Assembly: GCA_039715015.1 (NCBI GenBank)
Contig: JBDLIE010000007.1
Span: 1 to 64,000, forward strand
Direction of reading: 5' to 3'
DNA: 64,000 bases
Origin: Thermodesulfobacteriota bacterium
GTDB lineage: Bacteria; Desulfobacterota; Desulfobulbia; Desulfobulbales; SURF-16
The notes under the pieces are model-generated. The model ran no database searches. It was not told where the DNA came from and was given only the letters and a program-made list of their open reading frames with translations. Below, piece by piece: positions 1 to 10,587 of this stretch. A program made the position numbers and the translations under genes. Numbering within the stretch: the first letter of the stretch is position 1; every line of letters starts with the position of its first letter.

Positions 1-1
1 G

Positions 2-160
2 GATGGCAATAAACGCTATACCACCGAGATCGTTGCCCGGGAAATGAAGATGCTCGACAGCCGCTCCAGCCAGGGAGGCGGTGGCGGTGGCGGTGGCGGC
101 GGTTCCTATAGCGAGCCTCCCCCAGCAGAGCCACGCATGGGTGATGATGTGCCATTCTAA
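2..160 (+). CDS. ssb: Single-stranded DNA-binding protein, 3' end (partial)
   Basis: Frame 2 reads [52 protein letters not shown], with the Gly-rich linker and acidic DDVPF tail typical of SSB. Confidence 0.95.
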   Translation, partial: DGNKRYTTEIVAREMKMLDSRSSQGGGGGGGGGGSYSEPPPAEPRMGDDVPF

Positions 161-184
161 GGTTTCATCAATATCATAGACAGC

Positions 185-218
185 AAGGGAACCTTTCTTT
201 TTAAGGTTCCCTTTTTTT
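185..218 (+). terminator. Rho-independent terminator after ssb
   Basis: Stem AAGGGAACCTT / AAGGTTCCCTT followed by a T-tract. Confidence 0.85.
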
Positions 219-350
219 ATGGTTAAAGAAAGCAGGTTCCCGCCCCTTGTCAAAGAGTAGAACCAATCTTATAGTCATGGAGACTACGAAGAACAAACAT
301 ATTGACTTTATTCACTCTTTTTCCTTCAGTGGCAACAACTAGAAAAGACC

Positions 351-1274
351 ATGGATTATTACAAAGCATTAGGTGTAGACAAAACTGCTGACAGTGCGAC
401 CATCAAAAAGGCCTATCGCAAGTTGGCAATGAAGTACCATCCAGACAAGAACGCCGGAGACAAGGGGGCAGAGGACAAATTCAAACAGGCCAATGAGGCC
501 TATGCCGTTCTTTCTGACCCCGAAAAACGCCAACAATACGACACCTACGGTTCCACGGGTTTTTCCGAGCGCTACTCACAGGAAGACATCTTCCGCGGCA
601 GCGATCTTGGCTCCATACTTCGCGAATTCGGTATCAATTTCGGGGGCGGTTTCAGCCAGGCAGGCGGTGCTGGCAGCCCTTTTGAATCCTTTTTCTCACA
701 ATCAGGCGGTTGTGCTTCCGGAACCTGCGGCAGCAGAGGGTTTCAGCAGCAACCAGCAAAAGGACAAGACATGACCATGGAGGTGTGGGTCACCCTGGAA
801 GAGGTTGGCACAGGTACGGAAAGAACCATTGCCCTGGCCCATATCGGTGACCGTGTGTCTGTTAAAATTCCGGCGGGAATTGAGTCTGGCAAGAAATTGC
901 GAGTTTCCGGCAAGGGTTCCCCTTCTCAAATGGGTGGACCGGCTGGCGATCTTTATTTAAAGATAAACATCCAGCCTCACAGCCTCTATAAGCAGGATGG
1001 CAGCAACCTTACCTATGAACTAAAAATCCCCTTCAGCCAGGTGGCCTTGGGAACTAAAGCAGCAGTACCCACCCTGGATGGCCATGAGCTTAAAGTCAAG
1101 ATCCCTGCCGGCATGCAAGGCGGCGGCAAACTGCGCCTGAAGGGAAAAGGGCTCCCCAAAGGCCCAAACGGCCCAAACGGCGACCTGATGGTACAGATCA
1201 ATGTTGAGGTGCCAAAAAAATTGTCTCAAGAGCAGCAAGAACTCCTCGAAAAACTGCACGAAACCGGTCTCTAA
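351..1274 (+). CDS. DnaJ-class (CbpA-like) chaperone without zinc finger
   Basis: J domain with HPD (KYHPDKN), G/F-rich linker, DnaJ_C domain, no CxxCxGxG repeats. Confidence 0.92.
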   Translation: MDYYKALGVDKTADSATIKKAYRKLAMKYHPDKNAGDKGAEDKFKQANEAYAVLSDPEKRQQYDTYGSTGFSERYSQEDIFRGSDLGSILREFGINFGGGFSQAGGAGSPFESFFSQSGGCASGTCGSRGFQQQPAKGQDMTMEVWVTLEEVGTGTERTIALAHIGDRVSVKIPAGIESGKKLRVSGKGSPSQMGGPAGDLYLKINIQPHSLYKQDGSNLTYELKIPFSQVALGTKAAVPTLDGHELKVKIPAGMQGGGKLRLKGKGLPKGPNGPNGDLMVQINVEVPKKLSQEQQELLEKLHETGL

Positions 1275-1535
1275 ATTGCTGCCAAATCCACATTATGTTC
1301 ACGGTAAAAATCTCTAGCCGTCTGAATATCGCGGAGGACCTTGTCAACATATGCACCAACTCTCCCCATCTGACACATTGACACCCCTTCACCTTCTGCT
1401 CGCCGTAACTGACATACTTCTGGCTATCCTGACTTGGCACACACCATCCCTCTAACCCCAAAATAGAAAAAACCTATTCCATCCTGAATATTCAGGGGGC
1501 CTTTCTTATGTATGAAGCCTGAAAGCCTGCCTTCT

Positions 1536-1784
1536 TCATGCCTTCTTGATGTTACTGACAAGCTCGGCAATCTGGAGCCCCAAGGAGACACATTGTTTAC
1601 CCTCAAGGCATTTCCGGGCATCATCCGCCTCAAGGTAGGTCAACAGATGGTGCTCCTTTTGCTTCAGGTCCACAACCCAGGCCTTTTTTTCATCGCTGTA
1701 CACAACATCGAGATCAATGCCACAGGTGCCGATATCAGGGTAGATATCAGTAATTTTTTTACAAAGCTCTTCGCTGTTTAACAT
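1536..1784 (-). CDS. Small hypothetical protein (82 aa), last gene of the oxoacid oxidoreductase operon
   Basis: Clean ORF with a GGAGG RBS, just downstream of the beta subunit; contains 4 Cys. Confidence 0.8.
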   Translation of the reverse strand: MLNSEELCKKITDIYPDIGTCGIDLDVVYSDEKKAWVVDLKQKEHHLLTYLEADDARKCLEGKQCVSLGLQIAELVSNIKKA

Positions 1785-1806
1785 GACGCACCTCCTGCCA
1801 AAAAGG

Positions 1807-2664
1807 TTAGTAAAATGGGGCCAATTCTTGTTGCAGGTCCTTCAAAAAATAATTCTGCTTGACCAGGGGTGAATCCTGGAGAGGAGTAATGCCTTTTTCA
1901 AAGGCGGGCCGGTCGTTTCTATAAAAGATGCCGGTGGGAATTTTCTCTCCCCATTCAAGGGACCTGCGAAAGGCCTCAATGCGGTCAGTAGGGTCATAGC
2001 CAGTCTCTAGCTGATAGGCCCTTTCTTTATACCAATGAAAAGTGTTGATCTTATTAAAGCTCACACAGTTCTGGAGAATATCAACGATGGCAAAACCTTC
2101 ATGATTAATGGCCTCTTTTATGATTTCCTTTAAAAAGGGAAGACCTGAGGCGCCAGCAAAAGCCCGGGCAACAAAACTACAATCAAGTGAAATAGCTAAA
2201 GCCATTGGATTAAGAGGACTGGACAAAGAGCCGAAAGGCTGGGTCTTTGTAATTCTCCCCTGGGGTGTAGTTGGTGAAGCCTGTCCCCTGGTGAGTCCAT
2301 ACACCAGGTTGTTATGCACAAGAAGGGTGACATTGATATTTCTGCGAATAGCATGGATGAGATGATTACCTCCTTCGCCATAACAATCCCCGTCCCCGGC
2401 TACGGCCAGGACGGCCATGTCGTGATTGGCCAGTTTGATGCCGGTTGCCACAGGCAATGTCCGGCCATGAAGGCCATTAAAGGTATTACATTTGATATAA
2501 TGAGGAAGCTTTCCAGCCTGGCCGATACCGGAGACAATGGTGAACTGGTGCGGCTCCATGTCAAGATCAACCATGGCCCGCTTCAAGGCGTTGAGGATGG
2601 CGAAATTACCACACCCTTGGCACCACGCTGGTTTCTGACCACTATAATCATCAAAGGTAGTCAT
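1807..2664 (-). CDS. 2-oxoacid:ferredoxin oxidoreductase beta subunit (KorB/PorB family)
   Basis: WCQGCG, SGIGQ, GLHGR and the TPP-binding GDGD...NN motifs; start moved to MTTFDDY (ATG 2664). Confidence 0.93.
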   Translation of the reverse strand: MTTFDDYSGQKPAWCQGCGNFAILNALKRAMVDLDMEPHQFTIVSGIGQAGKLPHYIKCNTFNGLHGRTLPVATGIKLANHDMAVLAVAGDGDCYGEGGNHLIHAIRRNINVTLLVHNNLVYGLTRGQASPTTPQGRITKTQPFGSLSSPLNPMALAISLDCSFVARAFAGASGLPFLKEIIKEAINHEGFAIVDILQNCVSFNKINTFHWYKERAYQLETGYDPTDRIEAFRRSLEWGEKIPTGIFYRNDRPAFEKGITPLQDSPLVKQNYFLKDLQQELAPFY

Positions 2665-4363
2665 AGAGTTCTCCCAGCAGACTCTCAAGGCCAAAGGGCC
2701 GGCCATCATACCTGTTAATCAAATGGTTGCATCGATATCCTGTTTCTAAACGCAACAGGTTGGCAAACTGGCCTGTGGCATTGTTTTCCACGCAAATCGT
2801 TATTGCTTGATTTAAGAGCGAGACATAGTCAAATTTATCTGTAAGAGGGAAAGGATAGACCTCACTAAAATGAAGCATGGCAAATGCCCATTGTTCTCTT
2901 AAATTATCCACGGCCTCTTTTAATACTCCATAGGTAGAACCAAAGCCTACCAGCAAAAAATCCGGCTTCTGATCACCGTATAATTGAGGGGGCTCTATTT
3001 CCTCCTGTATATGGGGAATTTTTTTAAAAAGCCTCTTGGCCACCATTTCATTTCTGGTTTCTCCATCCTCAATGATATGGCCATCCTGGTCATGTTCGTC
3101 ACTATCCACCACCACCAGATGTCTGGACTCCCCAGGAATTGCCAGAGGGCTTATACCTTTTTTTGTATAGGCGTAGCGCTGATAGTTCTCTAAGGTATTC
3201 AATTGTTGTCCACGGAGACGAAAATCCTCCTGCAGCACCTTGTCGGCCTTGAAGCCAGAAAGACTCCACTGGCTATCAGCCAGATATTGGTCTGACTGGA
3301 CAAACACCGGGACCTGATACTTTTCCGCCATTTGAAAGGCCTTATTGGTCAGATAAAAGGCCTGCTCCGGGGTTCCAGGAGTAAAGACAACCTTGGCAAA
3401 TTCACCATGGCCACCGTGAATAACAAAAAACAAATCACTTTGTTCAGTACGGCTGGGGAGCCCGGTGGCTGGTCCAGGACGTTGAACTTCGGCGACAACA
3501 ATGGGAGTCTCGGTGATGCCGGCGAGAGATACACCCTCTGTCATCAAGGCAAAACCACCTCCAGAGGTAGCGGTCATGGCTCGGACACCCGCATAGGAGG
3601 CACCTAAAGCCATATTAATGGCCGAGATTTCATCCTCAGCCTGCTCGACCACAACTCCATGTTCTTCTGCCTTGCTGGCAAGATAGTCCATAATGCCGGT
3701 GGAGGGGGGCATTGGATAGGCGGAGTAGAACTTACAGCCACTCATGAGCGCCCCCAGACCAATGGCCTGATTACCATTCATCAGCATATTTTTTTTATCA
3801 TTCCCTGGGGATGAAAGAGAAAATTGCCCTGGCCACTCCCGACGTGCATAGTCAAAACCAGCCTGGGCGACCATGACATTAGTGGCAATCACCTCAGCAC
3901 CCTTCTGGGAGATAAAACTGCCGAAGATCTCATCAAAAGGATGGAGCTTCTGGCCTAAAAGAGCGAGCACAGCTCCCACTGCTGCTGAATTAACCATGAT
4001 ATGGTTAACGTCAAGCTCGTTGACAAGATCAGTGAAAGGAATTGCAATAAGTTCCTTGCCTGGAACAGCTCCACACATCTCAGGGTCGTAGAGGATCTTG
4101 CCAATATCGGAGAGGTTGTGACGATGGATATTGATGGTATCGGCGTCTAGGGCCAAAAGGAGATCGATATTATCACGCGAACAGCTGATCTTATGGTCTG
4201 CAAAGCGAATTTGATAGAAATTATGGCCACCCCTGATTCTGGACATATAATCCTGGTGAGTGAAGACATGAAAACCAGAACGGCTAAAATGTTTTGCCAG
4301 GACACCACCGATAACAGGGAGCCCCTGTCCAGCTTTACCACCTATGCGTAGGGTAAAATCCAT
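2651..4363 (-). CDS. 2-oxoacid:ferredoxin oxidoreductase alpha subunit (gamma-alpha fusion, KorA type)
   Basis: GGKAGQG, SRIRGGHN, YPMPPST, EQAEDEI, TSGGG and QRPGPATG motifs. Confidence 0.93.
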   Translation of the reverse strand: MDFTLRIGGKAGQGLPVIGGVLAKHFSRSGFHVFTHQDYMSRIRGGHNFYQIRFADHKISCSRDNIDLLLALDADTINIHRHNLSDIGKILYDPEMCGAVPGKELIAIPFTDLVNELDVNHIMVNSAAVGAVLALLGQKLHPFDEIFGSFISQKGAEVIATNVMVAQAGFDYARREWPGQFSLSSPGNDKKNMLMNGNQAIGLGALMSGCKFYSAYPMPPSTGIMDYLASKAEEHGVVVEQAEDEISAINMALGASYAGVRAMTATSGGGFALMTEGVSLAGITETPIVVAEVQRPGPATGLPSRTEQSDLFFVIHGGHGEFAKVVFTPGTPEQAFYLTNKAFQMAEKYQVPVFVQSDQYLADSQWSLSGFKADKVLQEDFRLRGQQLNTLENYQRYAYTKKGISPLAIPGESRHLVVVDSDEHDQDGHIIEDGETRNEMVAKRLFKKIPHIQEEIEPPQLYGDQKPDFLLVGFGSTYGVLKEAVDNLREQWAFAMLHFSEVYPFPLTDKFDYVSLLNQAITICVENNATGQFANLLRLETGYRCNHLINRYDGRPFGLESLLGELYDYL

Positions 4364-4532
4364 GAGCTCCCTCCTTGCTCCTGTATCCCATCAAAGAAAG
4401 AGTTAATTTCCATCCTTGAAGAAAAAACAGGTAGATGCTCACCACATCATGCGAGGGTGTCCTCTATGATGTCAAACGAAAAGGTATTGTAAGATTTCCC
4501 TTTCCATTCAATCTTGACCTTGAGGCATTGAG

Positions 4533-5075
4533 CTAATTCCAGGCCCTTCTTCTTTCCTCACCCAGTTTCACGGCCCAGGGTTCTTCCCGGACGTCAAAAA
4601 GTATCAGTGCCTTGTTGTAGAGTTTTGGAGACAGCACATAATTTCTCATAAACTCTTCAACCTCGACACCGGAGAGTGACAGGGCCAACCTCATAGCAGC
4701 TTCGGCCTCCTCTTCTTTATGCATTTCTTTGAATACAAGAAACCGGGCAATCAGCGCTTCTGTCTTCTCCGGATGGAGAGTCAGCACTTCGCTCAAGTCA
4801 TCAATGGTCTCTTGAAGATCTGCATGATTCAAGTGGGCAATACCCCTATAAAAGAGGGCCAATTCGTTATGATCATTGAACTCAAGGGTATGGCTAAAAT
4901 CTTCAACAGCGTCCACGAAATCGCCATTTCTTAGATGGGCCATTCCCAAAGCCAGGTAGCCTTTTTCAGGTTCTAATCCATGTTCCAAGGCAGATGAAAA
5001 AGAGGCTATACTTTTTCTAAAATTACCATCCAAAAAGGATTTCTGCCCGGTCAGGAAATCATTTTGAGCATTCAT
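4533..5075 (-). CDS. TPR-repeat protein
   Basis: Repeated helical TPR pattern (GYLALGMAHL, ALFYRGIAHL); GGAGG RBS. Confidence 0.8.
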   Translation of the reverse strand: MNAQNDFLTGQKSFLDGNFRKSIASFSSALEHGLEPEKGYLALGMAHLRNGDFVDAVEDFSHTLEFNDHNELALFYRGIAHLNHADLQETIDDLSEVLTLHPEKTEALIARFLVFKEMHKEEEAEAAMRLALSLSGVEVEEFMRNYVLSPKLYNKALILFDVREEPWAVKLGEERRRAWN

Positions 5076-5262
5076 AATACACCTCCCAAATTCTCTTTTT
5101 AAAAAAAGAGAATTTTATTCATTAAGATCCTGAGATACGTACCCTTAGGATATTTAAAAAAATAATCATTATCCCCAATGTGGCAACATGCCACACTGGT
5201 TAAAAAGATTGGAAGTACCAAGATTAATTCCAATAAAAGATGGGAGGAAAATTAGAAAGTTT

Positions 5263-5856
5263 TCAAGATATATAACGGCCTGGAGCAATTATACCCTGGG
5301 GATCTAAAACGTCTTTCAGCTGCCTTAAAACTGTATCCTTGCCTTGGTCATGATATGCCACATGCTTCATGGCAAGAATAGAAGACCTGTACATGTGAAT
5401 ACCACTTTCCTTGAGTTTAGCGGTGGCTGTAGAGTAGAGCTCATGTGCCTTTGCCACATCATCGCTCTTTTTTTTATCAAAAATAATACTAAAGATAGCC
5501 ACCATCTTATCAGCTGTTACAGAGGTCAATGTCACAGGCATCTCAAAATCAGTGGCAGCAAATTCTCTGGAGACAATATCAAGCATCAACCTGATCTTTT
5601 TAGGACTGGAAGGCAAGACAGGACTGAGCCAGATAAGGCCTAGATCTTTTTTGTCTTTTAGCCTCCAAGTAATATTATCCAGGGCCTTGTTTGATGGGAT
5701 ACCCTTGCCGAGATGATGAATATACTTCAAGGATTGAATGCTCTCAGCCAGGCTTTCCACTGGCATGATCCTGTCTACAAATGGTAAGGATAGAAAATTT
5801 TCCAGCCTTTTGATTTTCCGGTCTGTAAAAAATTTTTTGCTGGAGGTGCTGATCAA
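5263..5856 (-). pseudogene. C-terminal remnant of a VAO/p-cresol methylhydroxylase-type FAD oxidoreductase
   Basis: GLIWLSPVLP, HMYR and LKDVLDPQGIIAPGRY match the family C-terminus; in-frame TAA just upstream and no room for the FAD-binding N-terminal domain before the purC terminator. Confidence 0.72.
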
Positions 5857-6020
5857 CTGGGGCCTTACGTCGAATCAAGACACTGGTCTTTTCAGCCTTG
5901 GTCGGAATTCCCATGTGCCACACATAGTTATTATTAGATGTATACCTACATGATTTACAGGATCACCATATCATGAAAGAAAACGCTTTAGGGGTAAAAA
6001 ATGTTAGGACTGAACAGATA

Positions 6021-6054
6021 AAAAAGGGGCGGCAAAATTAGCGCGCCCCTTTTT
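6021..6054 (-). terminator. Terminator after purC
   Basis: AAAAAGGGGCG...CGCCCCTTTTT inverted repeat. Confidence 0.75.
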
Positions 6055-6073
6055 AGGTTTTCTCCTGAACGAA

Positions 6074-6964
6074 CTAGAGGGACTTGCCTGTTATCCTCTC
6101 CAGGGCCTCAAGATAGCGGGCTCCAGTTTTTTCGAGAATGTCTACGGGAAGGGATGGTGCTGGGGGCGTCTTATCCCAGTCAAGGCCTGAGAGATAGTCA
6201 CGCAGAAACTGTTTATCAAAACTTGCCTGGCTCCGGCCTGTATCATAATCATCCTCAGGCCAAAATCGGGAACTGTCAGGGGTAAGCACCTCGTCAATGA
6301 GCATGAGTTTGCCATCAAACCAACCCAGTTCAAATTTGGTATCAGCGATGATGATCCCCTTGGAACGGGCATAATCAGCAGCCTTTTCATATAGCCGTAC
6401 GCAGATATCGGCAATCTGGCCAGTCTCTTCTTTGCCCACAAGTTTCTCCATCTCCGCCACCGAGATGTTCTCGTCATGGAGGCCCTGCTCAGCCTTAGTG
6501 GAAGGGGTAAAAAGAACCTGGGGAAACTTCTGAGATTCCTGCATACCATCAGGAAGCGTAAAGCCGCAGACAGTGGTGTCTTTCTGATATGCCTTCCAAA
6601 AAGATCCAGAGATATAGCCCCGAACAATACACTCAACGGGCAAGGGTTGCGCCTTTTTCACCAACATGGAACGACCACGGAGTATATCCTTGTAGGGTGC
6701 GCATGGGGCTGGATACTCGTCAGGGTCGGCGCTGATCAGATGATGGGGAATAATGTCTTTTAAAAGATCAAACCAAAAAAGCGAGAGGCTGGTGAGCACC
6801 CTCCCCTTATTGGGAATAGGTTCGTTCATAATCACATCATAGGCGGAAATACGATCAGTGGCCACCATCAGCAGCATGTCGTCAACTTCGTAAAGGTCAC
6901 GAACCTTGCCACGGTTAATGAGCTTTAAACCTTCGAGATTTGTTTGTGTTATAGATTGGCTCAT
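6074..6964 (-). CDS. purC: Phosphoribosylaminoimidazole-succinocarboxamide synthase
   Basis: GKVRDLY, TDRISAYD, ADTKFELG, DEVLTPDSSRFW, DKQFLRD. Confidence 0.97.
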   Translation of the reverse strand: MSQSITQTNLEGLKLINRGKVRDLYEVDDMLLMVATDRISAYDVIMNEPIPNKGRVLTSLSLFWFDLLKDIIPHHLISADPDEYPAPCAPYKDILRGRSMLVKKAQPLPVECIVRGYISGSFWKAYQKDTTVCGFTLPDGMQESQKFPQVLFTPSTKAEQGLHDENISVAEMEKLVGKEETGQIADICVRLYEKAADYARSKGIIIADTKFELGWFDGKLMLIDEVLTPDSSRFWPEDDYDTGRSQASFDKQFLRDYLSGLDWDKTPPAPSLPVDILEKTGARYLEALERITGKSL

Positions 6965-7082
6965 GGATTTTCCTTTTTTAAAATGTAAAGAGTTGCGATG
7001 TTTTTACCACAAAGCAACGCTTGCAGAAAGTGTCTTTTTTGCAGATTTTTAAGGGCCGGGCAGGTTCTGCTCACAAAAGAAA

Positions 7083-8957
7083 TCAGGTGCGCTTAAACCA
7101 TTTTTTTACTTCGCCAGGAGAAAAAAGGCGGTAGACAGGGCGACCATGGGGACAATGGGAAAAAACATCGGCAGCCTGCATCTGTTCGATAAGGGCTACC
7201 CCTTCGTCGGGCAGCAAGGTGTGGTTTGCCTTTACGGCAGCCTTGCAGGCCATGGTCGCGAGGATATCCTCAATGCGCGTAGCGCGGGAGGAGGGAAGAT
7301 CGGAATTAACATATTTATCGATAATACCGGTTAAAATCTCCAAAGGTCCCAGGTGGGCAAGAAGGGAGGGAACTGCCTTAACGACAAAGTTCTCGCCGCC
7401 AAATTCTTCAACCTCCATACCCATGTCAGCAATTTCATCATGATGGTTTTTAAGCGCTTGCGCTTGGACGGAGGAGCACTCCACCATCTCCGGAAAAAGA
7501 AGGACCTGGCGTGCCACGGCCTGGCTTATCAGTTGCTTCTTAAGCTTTTCAAAAAGGAGCCTTTCATGGGCCGCATGTTGATCAATAACCACCAAACCTT
7601 CGTTGCTGGCGCAGAGAATGTAAGATTCCTGGTATTGACCGATATAGGAGATGTGGCCAAGATGAGAATCAGCGGTAGCTTGAGGCGTGCAGTAATCAGG
7701 CACACTCCCAACGTTCTGATTAAGCTGGCCAGAAGAAGGCTGCTGGTGACACGAATCGGTACGCGCTTTGGCCCCGACCTCACCAACCTCACAAGGCACC
7801 ACCCCTTGCCTCTTGCGGGGTGAAGGAAAGAGAATTGCCGGTTTTCGCTGCTCAACCTGAGGCCTTACTACGGCAGGCTCCCTGGTCTGCGTAAAGCTGG
7901 GGGCGCGTCCAGGCTGGGAAGGAGAAGTGCCGAACAAGGACTCTTTTACCTTTGCCTGATATTTTTCCAAGCCGGTACGAACTGCCTGGACAACGGCTTG
8001 ATGAATAACATTTGAACGATGGAAACGGATCTCCTGCTTGGTGGGATGGACATTGACATCCACCTCGCCAAGGGGAGTTGACACCATGATGACCCCGGCA
8101 GGACGTCTACCCTTCATGTAGTAGCCGTGTGTTCCCTCGCTCACCGCATGGCTGATCATCCGGTCCCGGACAGGCCGCCCCAAAACAAAGAGGCGTAATT
8201 TGGCAGAAGGACCAACAGTCTCATCAGGAGAGAGCAACCAGCCATGGACGGCAATTTCTCCGGCCGAGTCCTGCTGTTGCCAGGAGATCTCTAAAAGACT
8301 GCCACTGCGTTTCTGCTTGAGGATGGCAGCAACCCGAAGTTCAAGAGTGTCACCTGGGGCAAAAGAAAGTACCTGCCTGCCATCAACATGATAACGAAAT
8401 CCAACCTCGGGATGGGCCAGCGCTGTTGAGACCACCACCTCTTCGACATGGGAAAGCTCGGTACGTTTTGTTTTCAGGAATTTACGACGGGCCGGAACAT
8501 TACCAAAGAGGTCACGAACCTCCATGATGGTACCCTGGCTGCAGCCCATTTCATGGACCTTTCTGACCTGACCATAACGGATTTCTGCCAAGGTACCCAG
8601 CTCGGAACCAAGACGTTTCGAGGTTATAACAAGCCTTGATACCGAAGCAATGGAGGGCACTGCCTCACCACGGAATCCAAGGGTTGTGATGGCGTTTAGA
8701 TCAGCTGCCTCTTTAAGTTTGCTGGTGGCATGGCGCTCAAGGCAGAGCAGGACATCATCCTGATCCATGCCCTCACCATCATCAATAACGCGTAGAAGGC
8801 GGGTGCCGCCGCCCTCCACCTCGACTGTTATATTTCGGGCCTGGGCGTCAATGCCGTTTTCAACAAATTCTTTCACCACTGAGGCCGGTCGTTCAATGAC
8901 CTCCCCGGCCGCTATCTTATTGGCAAGATCCTCGGGGAGGATTTTTATGTTGGACAC
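7083..8957 (-). CDS. mutL: DNA mismatch repair protein MutL
   Basis: IAAGEVIERPASVVKE, GFRGEA, VDVNVHPTK, DQHAAHER and CPHGRP endonuclease motifs. Confidence 0.97.
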   Translation of the reverse strand: MSNIKILPEDLANKIAAGEVIERPASVVKEFVENGIDAQARNITVEVEGGGTRLLRVIDDGEGMDQDDVLLCLERHATSKLKEAADLNAITTLGFRGEAVPSIASVSRLVITSKRLGSELGTLAEIRYGQVRKVHEMGCSQGTIMEVRDLFGNVPARRKFLKTKRTELSHVEEVVVSTALAHPEVGFRYHVDGRQVLSFAPGDTLELRVAAILKQKRSGSLLEISWQQQDSAGEIAVHGWLLSPDETVGPSAKLRLFVLGRPVRDRMISHAVSEGTHGYYMKGRRPAGVIMVSTPLGEVDVNVHPTKQEIRFHRSNVIHQAVVQAVRTGLEKYQAKVKESLFGTSPSQPGRAPSFTQTREPAVVRPQVEQRKPAILFPSPRKRQGVVPCEVGEVGAKARTDSCHQQPSSGQLNQNVGSVPDYCTPQATADSHLGHISYIGQYQESYILCASNEGLVVIDQHAAHERLLFEKLKKQLISQAVARQVLLFPEMVECSSVQAQALKNHHDEIADMGMEVEEFGGENFVVKAVPSLLAHLGPLEILTGIIDKYVNSDLPSSRATRIEDILATMACKAAVKANHTLLPDEGVALIEQMQAADVFSHCPHGRPVYRLFSPGEVKKWFKRT

Positions 8958-8966
8958 CGCGCGCCC

Positions 8967-10337
8967 CTACTTCAGATAGCTTTCAATATGGAGATCAAGC
9001 CACGATGCGTCCCACCACTCCAAGGGGTCCACCATAATTCCGTTAACCAGCATGGAAAAATGGAGATGATCGCCGCCCGCCATGCCGCTTGTTCCGGTGG
9101 CACCGAGAACACCTTTCTTTTTAACGATGTCCCCAGGGGCGACAGCAATCTGGCTCATATGGGAATAGAGACTGAAAACACCGGTGCCGTGATCAAGAAC
9201 AACTGTATTGCCATAGATTCCCCGGTAGTCGGCATAAATCACTTTACCCTCATTGGCAGCCTCCACAGGGGCATGACGGACCGAAGCAATATCATTACCC
9301 AAATGGACCTGCTGATCAATCTTCTTGCCCTTATACATATAGGTCCGATGATCGGCAAAGCTTGCCCGTCCGGCACCGGGCATGCGTCCGAATCGGCCAT
9401 GCCAAAGTTTTTCAGGCAAGGGGTGGGAGCAAAGTTCACGGAATTTAACGTTATTCTCCTGGCGCACTGTATTGTTTACATAGAGATACTGTTCGACCTT
9501 GGTACCAGTCATTTCTGGATAGTACTGGGAGAATTCTGGAATTTTTAAATCGAGGAACGAGTCCGGGATATTAATTGTATCTTTCTTCAAGGCCCTCTTC
9601 TTAACAATCATACCAAAAGGGGCCTTGCCTTGATTGCCGGCACTGTCTTCCGCCAGGACATGGGCATCGGTAATCTTAGCGGTATCATAGGGCAGAGCTA
9701 TCATAGCACCGTAAACATCCTTTTTGCCCTCAACCGGGAAACCGGGATGAAAATAATCATTTACACTGACCCCATGGCGGGGCGCCTCTTCAGACATGCG
9801 GTACAAAACAATACCGGCACCGCCTTGTTTGATATAGCGAGGCGATTCAAGGCGGCTGACCCTTGGCGGTTTGGTATCAAACTCCACAGGTACAATGATC
9901 TGATTCTCATTACCAACACCAAAACGCCAGTAGGAATAATCCCGGGCATAGATAATCACTTCTGCCGGACCATCTGCCAGACCAAGCTTCACGGTATCAA
10001 GACTCACCGCAGAAACCATTTCCCGGGGACCGGCCTGACCAATCCAACCCCGGCGTGGAAAAATCTTATCGACGACCGACACTGACTTGTCACCCTGGAT
10101 AACGGAGACCTGGACATGCCGCAAACCGCTCTTCTTGTCTGCAGCTTCAAAATGAAAGTCAGTGAGGGCACCGATCAACTGAGGAAGGGGGCTTGGGGTA
10201 ATGGTTGGTTGCTCACGCTCATTGACGTAAAACAGCAAGGCTGCCGAAACGACAAGAATAAACAAAAATATTGCTATAAAAAAGGCAGAACCGCCGCTCT
10301 TTGCCCGGCTGCTCTTACTTGCCGATAACAATCCCAT
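8967..10337 (-). CDS. M23 family metallopeptidase
   Basis: N-terminal TM segment; HLGND, YSHM and HLHF zinc motifs. Confidence 0.9.
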   Translation of the reverse strand: MGLLSASKSSRAKSGGSAFFIAIFLFILVVSAALLFYVNEREQPTITPSPLPQLIGALTDFHFEAADKKSGLRHVQVSVIQGDKSVSVVDKIFPRRGWIGQAGPREMVSAVSLDTVKLGLADGPAEVIIYARDYSYWRFGVGNENQIIVPVEFDTKPPRVSRLESPRYIKQGGAGIVLYRMSEEAPRHGVSVNDYFHPGFPVEGKKDVYGAMIALPYDTAKITDAHVLAEDSAGNQGKAPFGMIVKKRALKKDTINIPDSFLDLKIPEFSQYYPEMTGTKVEQYLYVNNTVRQENNVKFRELCSHPLPEKLWHGRFGRMPGAGRASFADHRTYMYKGKKIDQQVHLGNDIASVRHAPVEAANEGKVIYADYRGIYGNTVVLDHGTGVFSLYSHMSQIAVAPGDIVKKKGVLGATGTSGMAGGDHLHFSMLVNGIMVDPLEWWDASWLDLHIESYLK

Positions 10338-10587
10338 GTGTTTTCTCCAGATATGTTAAAATTTGCATAAGGGTTTCTTGAAACAGTAGATTTTTTGTTT
10401 CATGATCTAAGCAACAGGGAGGAACAACTCCTCCTCACTGCGAGGCGCCCCGGTCCCCAAGATTTTTTAAACGTTTTTATCTCATCCACAAAACTACCTT
10501 AAAGCGTGGTTAGGGCAAAGTTTTTTCTTGCATAACCAATCACCTACCACTACTTTTGCCACTTATACCAAGCTATCGATACTTACC

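Noticed and set aside
78..103. GGCGGT repeat
   Set aside because: Encodes the normal Gly-rich SSB linker.
220..350. HAIR or CIRCE heat-shock operator upstream of the DnaJ-like gene
   Set aside because: No CTTGAGT-N7-ACTCAAG or TTAGCACTC-N9-GAGTGCTAA match seen.
1161..1181. GGCCCAAAC tandem repeat in the DnaJ-like gene
   Set aside because: Only two in-frame copies encoding GPN in a loop; unremarkable.
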